Positions 27,125 to 37,627 of a stretch of 64,000 nt of DNA are shown here, in pieces. Numbering within the stretch: position 1 is the first letter of the stretch; every line of letters starts with the position of its first letter. Made by a program: the position numbers and the translations under genes. The notes under the pieces were generated by a model. That model had not been told where the DNA came from. It ran no database searches and worked only from the letters and a program-made list of their open reading frames with translations. Source of the DNA: Patescibacteria group bacterium (GTDB taxonomy: Bacteria > Patescibacteriota > Microgenomatia > PFEM01 > JBHPGO01); contig JBHPGO010000001.1 in NCBI GenBank assembly GCA_042570465.1, forward strand, positions 1,656-65,655, given 5' to 3'.

Positions 27125-30100
27125 CTATCTTTTTCTATACCAGGCGTCGTAGACCAAGGGAATAAAAAAAAGCATGATAATTCCTGAAAGAGTCAGGCCT
27201 GAAATAATCGCTCCTCCTAGTCCTCGCCACATGGGGTCAGATAAGGTAATCGGGGTCAAGCCGATGATGTTAGTGACCGAGCTAAAAATAATTGGTTCCA
27301 ACCGACTTGAGGCTCCATCGGCAATCGCTTCATCAAAAGAAAGGCCAATCTTTAAGTTGCGGTTAATTTTGTCGACAATCATAATCGAATTCTTGACGAC
27401 AATACCGAAAAGAGCCAAAATTCCGATCAGGGCCGGAAATGAAAGAGGGGTTCCGGTCAAACCAAAGACAATGAAAACTCCTGAAATAGCCAAAGGAATC
27501 ACCAGCATGACGATGACCGCCTGCCGGAAAGATTTCAGCTCAACAACCATCGTGGCCAAAATTAAGATTATCGCCAAGATCATGGCTTGGATGATTGAGT
27601 TAACTGAGCTTTCGTTTTCCTGATTAGCCCCACCAGTTTGCCAACTATAGTTGGCCGGTAACTCCATTTCCTGATCAACAAATTTTTCTAATTCTTGGCC
27701 GATTTGGACTTTATTGAAATCCGGAAGAACCGAAGCGCTGATGGTAATTGATCTTTGGCCATCGACCCGAGTGATTTTTGTCGGGCTTTCATTTAGCTTT
27801 AGTTCGCCTAAAGAAAGAAGATTGAACGACTCGCCCCAGTTGTTTGAAAGAGTAATTTTTGAAAGCTCTTGGGGAGCAAGATTCCCGTGGCTCAGCCTCA
27901 GTTGAATTGGACATTCGTTTTGACAACCATTTTCTTGCAGTGTAAACGTGTCTAACCTCATTCCGGATAAATAGGTTCTTAGCGTTAGGGCCATTTGCTC
28001 AATTGAAACGTCGGCTTGATAAAGTTGGTGAGGGGTGGGAACAAAGACAAGTTTACTTAAGCCAGGGACAATCGAAAGGTTTACATTGGTTGTTCCCGGA
28101 TGAGATTCCAGCTTAGCCTGAACAATTTGGGCTAGCTCCTGAAGCTTGATGGTTTCTTCGCCCAAAAGGGTCATTTCAATATCCGCCCCAGTTGGTGGTC
28201 CACCAGAAATTTCAACAATTTGAAGCTTGCCAAGGGTATAGTCACTAAACTTTTCTCTTAAATCTTGGGCAATTTCAATTGAACTGGATTTTCGATCTTC
28301 TCTGAGTTTTAGAGAAAACCTTACTTTGTGGGATTGATTAATCTGGTTTGCCAGGCCCATTTCAATATCTGCTCCAATATCAGCCAAAACATATTCCGTG
28401 TCGTCAGTAGACCTGATAATTTCCAGTAGCTTGAGGCCTTCTTTTTCTGCTTGTTCTAGGCTTGTCCCAACTGGGAGCTCAAGACTAAGGTAAAGATTAT
28501 CTTCGTCTGTTTTGGGAAAAAATTCGTTTTGGACCAGCCCCAGTGGGACCAAGAGGTAAGAAAAGATCGAAAAAGCTAAAATACCGAAGATAATTTTTCT
28601 TTTGGCTCCTCTTGAGCGAAGAATTTTTTTAAGAATTTTTTTATAAGCATAGATTGGGCCTTTGATAGTTAAAAAGCCGTCTTGAAACCTTTTCTTGAAA
28701 GCAAAGTTTCTCAATTTATTCTTGAAGTAAAGCCGATAAATTTTCTGATAATTATTTTTGAGCTCTTTTTTAATTATCAGAAACATTCCACCCAGGGCCA
28801 GATAGGCCAAAATTATTAACCATGCAAAGGGATTGCCCGAAGTTGTGGCCATAATTATTATTAAAGGCAGTAATCCAGCCAGTAGGGAAACCAAAATTAA
28901 AACCCGAGTTGGGATCTTAGGTTTTAAAACAACGACCATAAAAGGAATGGCAACCAACAAGGCTATCGCAGTTGAGGCCACCAGAGCAATTGTCACCACA
29001 AAGGAAATCACTTTCGTAAACTCTCCAATAATGCCGGTGGCAATCAAAAGAGGTAAAAACGACCAGACATTTGTTAAGTTACTGGACAAAGTCGGCGACC
29101 AAAAGTCGTTCCAGACTAAAACCGCCGTTTGCTTGGGGGTGAATTTTCCGTTTTGGTAATAGTCGGTCATGGCGGAAATCATGACAATTGCGTCATCGAC
29201 GATCATTCCCAGGCCCAAAAGCAAGGAAAAGATTGAAAGAAATGAAAGTTGAATGTCGACAACGTACATCGCCGCAAAAGTAGCCAAAAAACTCAAAGGA
29301 ATCACAAAAGAGGCAATCGCTGCCTGCCTCAGGCCAAGAAAGATTAATAAAGTTAAAAAGACCAAGAAAAGACTGGTTGAAAAGTCTTTAATTAGACCTT
29401 GAAATTGGTCTGATATTTGTTTGGAAAAGTCAGTTAATATTTTCATTTGGTAATGAGAGTTTGCCAAGCTAATTGTTTTTTCAGCTGTCTGGCGGGACAA
29501 CCGGGCTGATTCTTCTAAGTCAGCCGAAACTGTTTTAAAGACAGAAAAAGTAACCGTTCTCAGGGGTTTTACTTCATGATCTGCAAAAAAACTATTGGCC
29601 TGCAAAGGTGAAGAACGAAGAGAAATATCAGCGATTTGGGAAAGAACAATTTTGTTTTCATTAAGCTTGATGGGCAGGTTTCGAAGGGTCTCAGTTGTTT
29701 TGCCAGGAAGGTCAAGGCTGAAAGATAAGTTTGAGCGATCAGTCTGAACAATTCCGAGCGGATAATCAGTCAAAGAATTGCGAACAGCCTGAGAAACGAT
29801 TAAAGGAGAAACCCGGTAAGTAAGGTAAGTTTCAGGTTTGATAAATATTTCCAGCTCGGTTTCTTCCAAGCCAGAGACAGTCACTTTCTGAATTTCCGGC
29901 AGACTCTCGAGTTTTTTTTGTAAGGAACGGGAAAAGTTCATCAATGAAACCGGGTCGATTTGAGAAGTCAAGGCAAAAGTAACCACCGGAACATCCTCAA
30001 AGTCAAGAGGCATGACAATTGGTTTTTGGCTTTCGTTTGGCAAGTCAGTCACTGAGCCGATTGAAGTTTGAATATCGGCGGTGGCTTGATCATTGGCAAT

Positions 30101-30451
30101 GGTTGATTCAAATTCAACGACAATCGAAGAGTGGTTCTCTTGGGAGGCTGAAGAAACAGTTTTAATACCCGGGACACTTTCAATCGCTTCTTCAAGAGGA
30201 ATAGTTACTTGCTGCTCGACATCCTTTGGGCTGGCCCCGGGAAAAATTGTTGAAACAAAAATATAAGGAATTTCGACGTCAGGGTTGATTCGTCGTGGTA
30301 GTTTGACATAACTAAAGGATCCGGCGATCAAGATAGTGATCACCAGCAAGATAATTAGTCGTAAATTGCTTAAAAATGAATAAGCCCAGGTTTTTTTTAG
30401 TTCGGGCGAAAACTTAAGCTTTTTTAAATAAGAGGACTTGGGGTTACTCAT
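27125..30451 (-). CDS. RND efflux permease (AcrB/AcrD/AcrF family)
   Basis: PGASPKDVEQQVT.PLE, GMIVDDAIV, GIVVKNSI, SRLEPI. Confidence 0.95.
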   Translation of the reverse strand: MSNPKSSYLKKLKFSPELKKTWAYSFLSNLRLIILLVITILIAGSFSYVKLPRRINPDVEIPYIFVSTIFPGASPKDVEQQVTIPLEEAIESVPGIKTVSSASQENHSSIVVEFESTIANDQATADIQTSIGSVTDLPNESQKPIVMPLDFEDVPVVTFALTSQIDPVSLMNFSRSLQKKLESLPEIQKVTVSGLEETELEIFIKPETYLTYRVSPLIVSQAVRNSLTDYPLGIVQTDRSNLSFSLDLPGKTTETLRNLPIKLNENKIVLSQIADISLRSSPLQANSFFADHEVKPLRTVTFSVFKTVSADLEESARLSRQTAEKTISLANSHYQMKILTDFSKQISDQFQGLIKDFSTSLFLVFLTLLIFLGLRQAAIASFVIPLSFLATFAAMYVVDIQLSFLSIFSLLLGLGMIVDDAIVMISAMTDYYQNGKFTPKQTAVLVWNDFWSPTLSSNLTNVWSFLPLLIATGIIGEFTKVISFVVTIALVASTAIALLVAIPFMVVVLKPKIPTRVLILVSLLAGLLPLIIIMATTSGNPFAWLIILAYLALGGMFLIIKKELKNNYQKIYRLYFKNKLRNFAFKKRFQDGFLTIKGPIYAYKKILKKILRSRGAKRKIIFGILAFSIFSYLLVPLGLVQNEFFPKTDEDNLYLSLELPVGTSLEQAEKEGLKLLEIIRSTDDTEYVLADIGADIEMGLANQINQSHKVRFSLKLREDRKSSSIEIAQDLREKFSDYTLGKLQIVEISGGPPTGADIEMTLLGEETIKLQELAQIVQAKLESHPGTTNVNLSIVPGLSKLVFVPTPHQLYQADVSIEQMALTLRTYLSGMRLDTFTLQENGCQNECPIQLRLSHGNLAPQELSKITLSNNWGESFNLLSLGELKLNESPTKITRVDGQRSITISASVLPDFNKVQIGQELEKFVDQEMELPANYSWQTGGANQENESSVNSIIQAMILAIILILATMVVELKSFRQAVIVMLVIPLAISGVFIVFGLTGTPLSFPALIGILALFGIVVKNSIMIVDKINRNLKIGLSFDEAIADGASSRLEPIIFSSVTNIIGLTPITLSDPMWRGLGGAIISGLTLSGIIMLFFIPLVYDAWYRKR

Positions 30452-31955
30452 CAGAATTAAAAACTACTGGCTCGTCTTGATTAACATTTCGGGAAGTAAT
30501 TAATAGGTCACCATTTTTGAGTCCTTCCAGGACCTCGACATAGCCCCCCAAGACTTGACCAAGAACAATTTTTTGAGAAATGGCCTTGTTTTCTTTGGCC
30601 AGGTAAACATAGGCCTCATCCTTGAGCTGGTAAACAGCGTCGATGGGGATCGAAGGAATCGTGCTGACTGAATCAGGGTAACCGATGGGCAGTCTAAGAG
30701 AAAGAAATTGTCCATCAAAAACTTGGCTTGAGATTTCCAGGGGGAGATTAAAGATGACGCGGTGCTGGCCATCTAAAATTGGCTCTAAGGTGATGTGTTC
30801 GGGCATTAATTCAATCGAACCGGAGGGTAAGTCAATAGTTGAAGTTTCGGTTTTTGAGATTTTTTGTGCGACCTTGGGTGAGACCCGGACAACCAACTTC
30901 ATTTGATCACTAGTCCCACTGAGAGTTACCAGGGGTTGGCCAGGAGAAACCATTTGCCCCAAGCGAACATGAACCCTTTCAATTGTCCCCTTAAATGGAG
31001 CCCCAGGCGACATTAAAGCCGCTGCAACTCGGGCGATTTGGTAATTAAGCCTTGAGACTTCGAGGTTTAATTCAAGCGATTTTTCTTGAACATAAAGCTG
31101 CTTAAGGGCAATTTCTTTTTGCAGACTAGCTAGTTGAGCCGGAGACTCATCATCACTGCTTTGGTATTCAGTCGACCTGATCAATTGCTTTAATTGGTTG
31201 ACAGCCGAAAGAAATTGAGATTTTAATTGCTGAGTACTTAAGATTAGGCTGTCATTTTCAGCGCTTTGAGTCGCTGACTGAAGAGTACTCAAGTTAACTT
31301 CAATTGAACTTAATATTGTTTCGTTTAACTGAAGCTGGCCTTGAGACTCTTCTTTAGCTTGACGGCCAATTTCTCGCAGCTGATTTGAGTTTTCTTGAGA
31401 CTTTTCGGCTAATTCTTTTTGGTTATCAACAATTTCTTTTTGATGATCAAAATTGTCAAAATTAAATTGATATTGGCTATAAGCTAAGTTTCGTTGAAGA
31501 AGGGGGATGTTTCCACCCTGATAATTTGAGCTAAATTGGACAAGTGCTTGACCCTGGCTAACTAACTGGCCGTGATAAATATTAATTTTTTTAACAACGC
31601 CGCTTACTTGAGCCAAAACAGTGATTGTGCCGGCTTTTTCAATTTGCCCCTCAAGGATGATTTTAGGAGTTTGGCCGATAGCAAAAGATGTCGCTTGTTT
31701 AGCGGGAATTTCTTTGGATATTTCAGTTTTTTGGCGATCCCGAAGAAAATTACCAAAAATAATTAAAAAAAGAATCAGAGCGATAAGGCTGAAAAATGAG
31801 GTCGTTGGTCTTTTCCTGAGCCAAAGGGTTAATTTTTGCGAAATCAGCCTTGTCTTTTTTTTAGCTTCTTTCTGGGCTTCTTCCGTAAAAATAAGCCATT
31901 TTTTAAAAGCAATCTTTAATTGTTTCAAAAAGTATATTTGGTTGGTTTTGGCCAT
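30444..31955 (-). CDS. RND membrane fusion (adaptor) protein
   Basis: AQVSGVV lipoyl half-motif, coiled coil, APFKGTI, VEVLEGLKNGD. Confidence 0.9.
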   Translation of the reverse strand: MAKTNQIYFLKQLKIAFKKWLIFTEEAQKEAKKKTRLISQKLTLWLRKRPTTSFFSLIALILFLIIFGNFLRDRQKTEISKEIPAKQATSFAIGQTPKIILEGQIEKAGTITVLAQVSGVVKKINIYHGQLVSQGQALVQFSSNYQGGNIPLLQRNLAYSQYQFNFDNFDHQKEIVDNQKELAEKSQENSNQLREIGRQAKEESQGQLQLNETILSSIEVNLSTLQSATQSAENDSLILSTQQLKSQFLSAVNQLKQLIRSTEYQSSDDESPAQLASLQKEIALKQLYVQEKSLELNLEVSRLNYQIARVAAALMSPGAPFKGTIERVHVRLGQMVSPGQPLVTLSGTSDQMKLVVRVSPKVAQKISKTETSTIDLPSGSIELMPEHITLEPILDGQHRVIFNLPLEISSQVFDGQFLSLRLPIGYPDSVSTIPSIPIDAVYQLKDEAYVYLAKENKAISQKIVLGQVLGGYVEVLEGLKNGDLLITSRNVNQDEPVVFNSDE

Positions 31956-32079
31956 AGTAATTAAATATATTTGAATTAAAAGGGGGCTATCTTTCGGAAT
32001 AAATAATTACCGAGAGATTATAGCAGAATTTCTCATCAAATGAAAAAGCAATTTTAGGCAAGAGTGCTATAATACAAGC

Positions 32080-33372
32080 ATGAGTGATCAACAGATCATT
32101 TCCTTGATCAAAAAAGAAATAAGACGACAGCAAGACACCCTGATGCTGATTCCTTCAGAAAACTATGTTTCTTTAGAAGTGAGAAAAACTTTGGGGAGTG
32201 TTTTAACCAATAAATATTCAGAAGGCTATCCGGGAAAAAGGTATTACCAGGGGAACGCCTTGATTGATCAAGTTGAAGCTTTGGCCCAAGAAAGAGCCCA
32301 AAAAATATTTAGTGTCCCCCACGCCAATGTTCAGGCTTATTCCGGCTCGATTGCTAATTTGGCGATTTTGAATTTATTTCTGGAGCCACAAGATGTTCTT
32401 TTATCTCAATCGTTGGAAATGGGCGGCCATTTGTCGATGGGCCAGTCAGCTTCAGCCACTTCACGCTATTACCAGGCTCAGCATTATCGATTGACTGAAA
32501 AAGGCGAAATCGACTGGTCAGACCTTGAAGAAAAAGTAAAAAAATATTCCCCCAAATTAATATTTTGTGGGGGAACAGCCTATACAAAGGTTTTAGATTT
32601 TGCTCGTTTTGCTCAAATTGCAGACCAGGCCAAGGCCTTTTTGGTGGCTGATATTTCTCATGTGGCGGGCTTAGTTGTCGGTGGCGTTCACCCCTCCCCT
32701 GTTAAGCACGTTCACCTAGTGATGACGACAACTCATAAAACCTTGCGAGGGCCAAGAGGGGCGATTATTATGGCCACCCAAAAGGGATTGCAGAAAGATC
32801 CAAAAATAGCTGAAAAAATTGACCGTTCGGTTTTCCCGGGCCTTCAGGGAGGTCCACACAACAATAATATAGCCGCCATCGCTGTTTCTCTTTTTGAGGC
32901 CCAAGCACCGTTATTTAAAGAATACGCCCACCAAGTGGTGATTAATGCTAAATTTTTAGCACAAAGCTTGGTCAAACATGGCTATGATTTAGTTGGCCAA
33001 GGAACGCAAAATCACATGATCTGGCTGGATTTGAGCGAGAGCAAGGTCGAGGCTTGGGTTGCCGCCCTGGCCCTTGAGGTGGCCGGGATGATCGTTAACC
33101 GCCAGATGGTTCCCTTTGATCGTCAGACGGCTTATTACCCCTCTGGAATACGTTTGGGAACGCCGGCGGTGACTACCCGAGGAATGAGGGAAAAAGAAAT
33201 GAAGCTGGTGGCCGACTTGTTTCACCAAACAATTTCTGTTGCTAGTGAAAGTTTTTCCTCTGATGACTTAAAATCAAAAAAAGAGATCAAAGGAAAAATT
33301 ATGCTGAACAAAAAATTATTAAATCTTAAAGATCAGGTGGCTAAGCTTTGTCACTCATTTCCGATTGAATAA
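32080..33372 (+). CDS. glyA: Serine hydroxymethyltransferase
   Basis: LIPSENY, NKYSEGYPGKRYY, TTTHKTLRGPRG, GIRLGTPA. Confidence 0.97.
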   Translation: MSDQQIISLIKKEIRRQQDTLMLIPSENYVSLEVRKTLGSVLTNKYSEGYPGKRYYQGNALIDQVEALAQERAQKIFSVPHANVQAYSGSIANLAILNLFLEPQDVLLSQSLEMGGHLSMGQSASATSRYYQAQHYRLTEKGEIDWSDLEEKVKKYSPKLIFCGGTAYTKVLDFARFAQIADQAKAFLVADISHVAGLVVGGVHPSPVKHVHLVMTTTHKTLRGPRGAIIMATQKGLQKDPKIAEKIDRSVFPGLQGGPHNNNIAAIAVSLFEAQAPLFKEYAHQVVINAKFLAQSLVKHGYDLVGQGTQNHMIWLDLSESKVEAWVAALALEVAGMIVNRQMVPFDRQTAYYPSGIRLGTPAVTTRGMREKEMKLVADLFHQTISVASESFSSDDLKSKKEIKGKIMLNKKLLNLKDQVAKLCHSFPIE

Positions 33373-33374
33373 AA

Positions 33375-34211
33375 ATGTTTGTTTTTGACAGCCGAGATAT
33401 TGCCCTAGAAAGGAATAAAGAGCTCGCCAAAAAAATCGAGACTTTGAAAAAAAATTCCTCGTTTAAACCGGTGCTGGAAACAATTCTGATTGGTGAGAAG
33501 ACTTCTTCCAGGCAATTCTTTGAGGCTCTTAAGGCAGTGGCTCTCGAAGTTGGTGTTTTGTATCACCAAAATAATCTTTCGGCCAATATTAGTCTTGCCA
33601 AAATATCTTCTCTGGTTGAGGGTCTTAATGAAAACCCACAAGTCAATGGCATTGTTTTAGCTCTCCCGGTCCCCTCCCGAATTGCCATCAATAACAATCA
33701 GCCTCTTCAAGACAAGATTTTACCCTCTAAAGATATTGATTGCTTGACGACCGAGAATCTAAGTAAGCTTGAAGAGGGTCAAGAAGTTTTTGTGCCTCCA
33801 GTGGTCAAGGCAGTTTTGGGTGTTTTGCCAATGCTGGGCAACTATCGCCAGAAAAAAATTGTTGTTGTCGGAGCCACTGGCCGGGTTGGTCGGTCTTTAG
33901 TAATTCAGTTGAAGAAACTTGGCTTAAGTCCAGGGTTGGTCGATGAACACACCAAAAATTTGGTTCAGAAAACAAAAGCGGCCGAAATATTAATTTCCGC
34001 CACCGGACAAGCCGGACTGATTAAGGAAGAAATGGTTAAAAAAGGGGCGGCAATCATTGATTTAGGCTCTCCTCAAGGAGATATTGACTTTAATAGTGTC
34101 AGTAAAAAAGCAGCTTGGCTTTCCCCTGTTCCCGGAGGCATTGGCCCTCTCACTCTTATCTGCCTGCTCGAAAACCTTTTTAAAGTCACTTTCACACCCG
34201 ATGTGAAATAG
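33375..34211 (+). CDS. folD: Methylene-THF dehydrogenase/cyclohydrolase (divergent)
   Basis: PSKDIDCL, ISATG, PVPGGIGPLT; follows glyA. Confidence 0.85.
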   Translation: MFVFDSRDIALERNKELAKKIETLKKNSSFKPVLETILIGEKTSSRQFFEALKAVALEVGVLYHQNNLSANISLAKISSLVEGLNENPQVNGIVLALPVPSRIAINNNQPLQDKILPSKDIDCLTTENLSKLEEGQEVFVPPVVKAVLGVLPMLGNYRQKKIVVVGATGRVGRSLVIQLKKLGLSPGLVDEHTKNLVQKTKAAEILISATGQAGLIKEEMVKKGAAIIDLGSPQGDIDFNSVSKKAAWLSPVPGGIGPLTLICLLENLFKVTFTPDVK

Positions 34212-34286
34212 GTTCCCTACATCGGGAGATTGATTCGGATGGCGAGTATTTATCCCGATGTGCAAGGGGTAAGGCACATCAGGTGT
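34193..34286. repeat. Two REP doublets, RAYT-associated family
   Basis: cacacccgatgtgaaataggttccctacatcggg (1 mismatch to reverse complement of 54509-54542) plus cccgatgtg...cacatcagg. Confidence 0.85.
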
Positions 34287-34303
34287 ATCGGAATAATTGA
34301 GAT

Positions 34304-34501
34304 TCAGAGAGTTAAATCAAAAATCGTTCTTAGAGCCTTTTGTGGAAGACTTAGTCTTGAGGCAGGTGTGTTTCTGACTAGAGTTTGGTAGGAAATTGTT
34401 CCATTTACCCATTGGGTAACTAATGGTCTAAATTGGTTTTCGCCAGGATCTTCTTCAACAACTGTTCCGATTGGATATATATTCTTAGCAATCTCTTTCA
34501 T
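34304..34501 (-). CDS. Small hypothetical protein
   Basis: 65 aa ORF with -10-like box before ATG. Confidence 0.45.
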   Translation of the reverse strand: MKEIAKNIYPIGTVVEEDPGENQFRPLVTQWVNGTISYQTLVRNTPASRLSLPQKALRTIFDLTL

Positions 34502-34586
34502 AGGATAATATTATCATGAAAATTATCATTTTTCAAAATGAATTAATTTCGAAGAACCTCTTTTTTGATTAATTAAAGTGATGTTA

Positions 34587-35231
34587 TTAATTGAAGCCTG
34601 AGGCCAGCTCTAAAAGTTTCTTTTCAGGACTTAGGGCCTTGATGACGGCTGAAGCAAGAATGACTCCTTTTCCTCCGGCGGCTAAAGTTTTTGAAACATG
34701 TTCTTTGGAAGTGATTCCGGCTCCAACGATCAAAGGTTGAGGCAAGGTTTTGGCTAGTTTTTTAATATTGGACTCCTCGACATCGATCATCGAGATCGGG
34801 CCGGCAATCAGCTTAGCTTTTTCATAGGCAATATACTTGGGTTTCCACAAGGAAACTTTTTTAGCTTGCTGAGTTGTTTCACAGATGACCAGGGTTTTCA
34901 GCCCATGTTGGTGGGCTTTTTCAAGACTGACCTTTATCGTACTGAGTTTTATGGGGTGCTCACCATGATTAAGAACCGTCCCGGTAGCTCCGGCCTGCTT
35001 AAGGCTGTGGGGAGATATCCAACCGGAATTTCGGCCCGGGTCAATCGGGTCGCAGTGCTGGGCCCAAACTTCAATACCTAGCTCTTTTTTGATTCTGAAA
35101 ATATCTGTTGCTTGAGCACAAGGAATAATCGGAACGTTATTTTTTGCAGAAACTTTTTTGACAATCTTAAGAAGCTTGATGACCTTATCGGCCGTAGATT
35201 CAGGGTATGTTTTTAAAGAAAGCCAAATCAT
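34587..35231 (-). CDS. tpiA: Triosephosphate isomerase, short archaeal type
   Basis: LKTY, AQHCDP, LNHGEH, YE...I, VGAGI, LASAV. Confidence 0.88.
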   Translation of the reverse strand: MIWLSLKTYPESTADKVIKLLKIVKKVSAKNNVPIIPCAQATDIFRIKKELGIEVWAQHCDPIDPGRNSGWISPHSLKQAGATGTVLNHGEHPIKLSTIKVSLEKAHQHGLKTLVICETTQQAKKVSLWKPKYIAYEKAKLIAGPISMIDVEESNIKKLAKTLPQPLIVGAGITSKEHVSKTLAAGGKGVILASAVIKALSPEKKLLELASGFN

Positions 35232-35261
35232 AAATAATATTTTAGCACAGTCTACCCCAAC

Positions 35262-36473
35262 TCAATCAACAAAAGTTAAGGCAACGCCCTTTTTGCCAAT
35301 TCTTCCAGTTCGACCAATCCGGTGCACATAATCATCATATGTTCCTGGAACATCGTAGTTAATCACATGAGTCACATTATCTATGTCTAGTCCTCTTGAA
35401 GCCACATCAGTGGCCAGTAAAACCTGAACTTCGTTATTTTTTAACTGCCTTAAAGCTCTTAGCCTTTGTCCTTGGCTTTTATTGCCATGAATTGCTGCGG
35501 CCCTAAAGCCTCTTCTAGTAAGACTTTGTTCAAGTTTGTTTACTCCCCACTTGGTTCGGCCAAAAACTAAAACCTTTCTAAATTCCTCTTTGATCAGTAA
35601 ATCATGAAGAATCTCAAGTTTGTTTTTGCCTTGTGTTCGGATGATGTCTTGATCGACATTTTGAGGAGTTGCGTCTTTTACCACTGAGACCGTCACCGGA
35701 TTTACAGAAAACTGCTGCATGAGCACTTTAGTTTCCTTTGGAATTGTTGCCGAGAAGAACAGTGATTGACGACTTTTTGGTAAAAATGAAACAATCTGCC
35801 TTACATCATGAATAAAACCCATGTCTAGCATGCGGTCCACCTCATCAAGAACGACATTATTATACTGACCTAATTTTAAAATCCGTCGATCCTCTAGATC
35901 TTTAATTCTTCCGGGAGTTCCGATCACAAAATTTGGTTGCCGTGACAATTCACTTGCCTGCCTGTTTAACGAGGCTCCCCCAATGCAGAGTGTGGAGAAA
36001 ATTCCCATTTTGAAACTAAATAATTTAAGCTCGTCTTGGATCTGAACCGCCAGTTCACGGGTTGGGGTGACAATCAACACCTTTTGGCTTCGATCTTTCG
36101 ACACCTTTGTAATCAGAGGCAATAAAAAGGCGGCCGTTTTTCCGGTTCCAGTATTAGCAATGCCAACCAGGTCCCTTCCTTCCAATATCGGAAAGATTGA
36201 CTGATCTTGGATTGCGGTTGGCTTGTCATAGCCATGGTTCAAAATATTATTTAAAATTGATTCGTCCAAAGGAAAGTCAGAAAACTTGTTCACCGGAACG
36301 TAAGGAGTCTCGATAACCTCAATAGCTTTCCTAACAAACATCAGTGGATTTAAAGAAGCACCTTTATTTCGGTATCGACCCCGACCACCCGATCTCCTTG
36401 GTCGATTACGACCATACGACCGATTATTTTGGCCACGAAAACTACGTGAGCGACCATGCCGCATATTTCTCAT
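35262..36473 (-). CDS. DEAD-box RNA helicase
   Basis: TGTGKT, PTRELA, DEVD, SAT, HRIGRTGR. Confidence 0.95.
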   Translation of the reverse strand: MRNMRHGRSRSFRGQNNRSYGRNRPRRSGGRGRYRNKGASLNPLMFVRKAIEVIETPYVPVNKFSDFPLDESILNNILNHGYDKPTAIQDQSIFPILEGRDLVGIANTGTGKTAAFLLPLITKVSKDRSQKVLIVTPTRELAVQIQDELKLFSFKMGIFSTLCIGGASLNRQASELSRQPNFVIGTPGRIKDLEDRRILKLGQYNNVVLDEVDRMLDMGFIHDVRQIVSFLPKSRQSLFFSATIPKETKVLMQQFSVNPVTVSVVKDATPQNVDQDIIRTQGKNKLEILHDLLIKEEFRKVLVFGRTKWGVNKLEQSLTRRGFRAAAIHGNKSQGQRLRALRQLKNNEVQVLLATDVASRGLDIDNVTHVINYDVPGTYDDYVHRIGRTGRIGKKGVALTFVD

Positions 36474-36645
36474 AATTTGTTGAATAAACGCTTTTAAAAT
36501 GGAGACGATTCAAAAGAGGGGAAGATACGAATACCTAAACCAAGTAAACCGACTCAAATCAGTATTTACCACTGATCAATCTTTAAAGCTAACAAAAAGA
36601 ATTTTAACACGTTTGATTATCTTTGTCAAACTATAGGTTGTTTAC

Positions 36646-36740
36646 TTCGGGGCGTTTTGGTCTAGCTGGGGAGCGTGGACACCTGCCCGCCAGTTGCTGC
36701 GCCGCCAGGCGCTGGCAGGCGGGGAGTTCGAACCTTTTTT
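36646..36740 (-). repeat. Degenerate tRNA-Gln 3'/att relic with hairpin insert
   Basis: ttcggggcgttttggtctagctg matches 39746-39768; followed by cctgcccgcc...ggcggg insert and gttcgaacc. Confidence 0.7.
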
Positions 36741-36786
36741 ATGACAAATTTTATTGAAATTCCCATTTTTAATTATAGTTTCTAAT

Positions 36787-37569
36787 TTAAGATATTTCCT
36801 TTGTTAAAAACTCATAAAAATTATCCTTTGCGTATTTTTCATACCATGGGTGATGTCCACATCTTTTTATCAAAATTAATCGGAAGTTCTTTATTGTCTC
36901 TGCTAGAGGTTTTTTTATTCCCTCGGCTGGATGTGGGTCATAGTCTCCATGAATCGCAACAACAGGGCATCTAATTTGTTTTCCTAAAGCAAGAAGCTTC
37001 CCTTCTTCCCTGAGTTTACTAGCCTCATCCCAAACAGGCTCATATATTTCTGGCTGTGTTTTTGTTACTTCACTTTTGTGCGGAATTGAACTATAAGAAT
37101 CAGCCTTATCTATAAGTTTGCCAATTTTGCTAAATGCCTTTTCTTGCTTTTTACCTTTCAAATTATTCAGACTAGTAAATAATGAGTCCAATTCGTCTCT
37201 TTCTTCTTTAGATAACCTACTCATTCTGGTTTTCATTATTCGTTTTGCATATCTGGCTTCAAATGGTCCACTGCTCACAAGAATAAGTTTCTTAACTAAC
37301 TTAGGATATTTAGCGGTTAAGATGTAACTTAACCAAGCACCCCATGACCAACCAATAAGTACGACTGGGTGTTTTGCATTATTTTCAATTACTAGTTTTA
37401 GTTCTTGAACTTGCCCATCAACAGAGTTTTCAGTTTGAATCGGTTCTAACACTCCGCACTCTTTAGATAAGTGTCTAGCAACTGGGGCCATTTCTCCAGG
37501 CGCACCAGGGCCACCGTGGATTGCAACTATATTAAAAGGAGGCTTCCCGTATGTTCTTAAATTTTTCAT
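36787..37569 (-). CDS. Alpha/beta hydrolase
   Basis: HGGPG, GWSWG nucleophile elbow, HGDYD, CGHHPW. Confidence 0.92.
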   Translation of the reverse strand: MKNLRTYGKPPFNIVAIHGGPGAPGEMAPVARHLSKECGVLEPIQTENSVDGQVQELKLVIENNAKHPVVLIGWSWGAWLSYILTAKYPKLVKKLILVSSGPFEARYAKRIMKTRMSRLSKEERDELDSLFTSLNNLKGKKQEKAFSKIGKLIDKADSYSSIPHKSEVTKTQPEIYEPVWDEASKLREEGKLLALGKQIRCPVVAIHGDYDPHPAEGIKKPLAETIKNFRLILIKRCGHHPWYEKYAKDNFYEFLTKEIS

Positions 37570-37627
37570 AGTATTAGTTATTTGAAGTATAACAAAAGTT
37601 TTGAAATCCGGAGAAATCCGAAGATGT

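Noticed and set aside
27174-31974. Antisense ORFs within RND genes and other long CDSs
   Set aside because: Shadow frames of well-supported genes with no motifs
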